Shown one piece after another: positions 63,472 to 64,000 of a DNA stretch of 64,000 nucleotides; position 1 is the stretch's first letter; each line of letters begins with the position of its first letter. Location of the stretch: the NCBI RefSeq assembly GCF_003918875.1, contig NW_025766059.1:372001-436000 (forward strand), read 5' to 3'. A model generated the notes under the pieces. It was not told the origin of the DNA and searched no databases. It was given only the letters and a program-made list of their open reading frames with translations. The stretch is from Haliotis rubra (Eukaryota). The position numbers were made by a program, and so were the translations under genes.

Positions 63472-64000
63472 CACTCTTCAAAAAAAGAAACGCAAAACCC
63501 AAATATCAATGAAAATTTGGTGTTTTTCAAGGACGTGTAGATCAGCGGAAAACAAAAATACATGAATGAAATTGTGTGGAGCAATGCATTGCTATCTTGT
63601 CCATATTTCATGAGAATAACAGTCATCACAGTCATAACTGCTGTCCACCAGGTGGTGTTGAAGTCAGTATTTCGTATGACCACCCCCAGCTGCTACCACT
63701 GCCCGACACCTCCTGGGTACAGATAGAATCAGTCGTTGGATGTTTTGTTGTGGAATCCTTCTCCATTCCTCCTGCAGCATGTGGAACAACTGTTGAAGAT
63801 GCTGTGGTGGAATACAACGTCGACGTACCCGTCTATCGATCTGATCCCAAAGGTGTTCGATTGGGTTTAGATCCGGGGATCTGGAGGGACAGGGGAGGGT
63901 ATTGATGTTGTTATTGGCCAGGTAGTCCACGGTGGCACGTGCTGTGTGGGGCCTGGCGTTGTCCTGTTGGAAGAGCTGCCGTTGACGGTCAACAAAGTGA
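63472..64000 (-). mobile_element. Tc1 (DD34E) transposon, 3' part; continues beyond the window
   Basis: TIR cactcttcaaaaaaagaaacgca after TA at 63470-63471; open transposase C-terminus FQQDNARPH...SPDLNPIEHLW with exactly 34 residues between D and E; stop at 63664. Confidence 0.93.

Overview
Eukaryotic (animal, probably molluscan) genomic DNA, AT-rich and repeat-dense, with three N-gaps. The SINE families look like those of abalone (Haliotis), which is an inference from memory. The ORF track misses the main content: a head-to-tail minus-strand tandem array of five spliced paralogous genes (G1-G5), reconstructed here from splice sites and intron phases. Each has a 49-bp signal-peptide exon, a six-cysteine exon (C-x9..24-C-x3-CC-x6..7-CC), a single-TM exon and, where resolved, a Pro/Tyr-rich tail, three of them with PPxY motifs. 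This is the Shisa-like/CYYR1/WBP1-VOPP1 (STMC6) adaptor architecture. G3 and G5 are intact, G1 and G2 each carry a 1-nt frameshift at a homopolymer, and the 3' end of G4 is unresolved. Between G4 and G5 lies a decayed Gypsy/Ty3 LTR retrotransposon whose integrase continues in frame into a C4HC3 PHD finger of the H3K4me3-reader type, at the position where chromoviruses carry a chromodomain. Other content: a 6.6-kb 34-bp satellite in G3 intron 2, several Tc1/mariner elements and MITEs, L1/Tx1 and CR1/L2-like LINE fragments, three main SINE families, hammerhead-like motifs and microsatellites.
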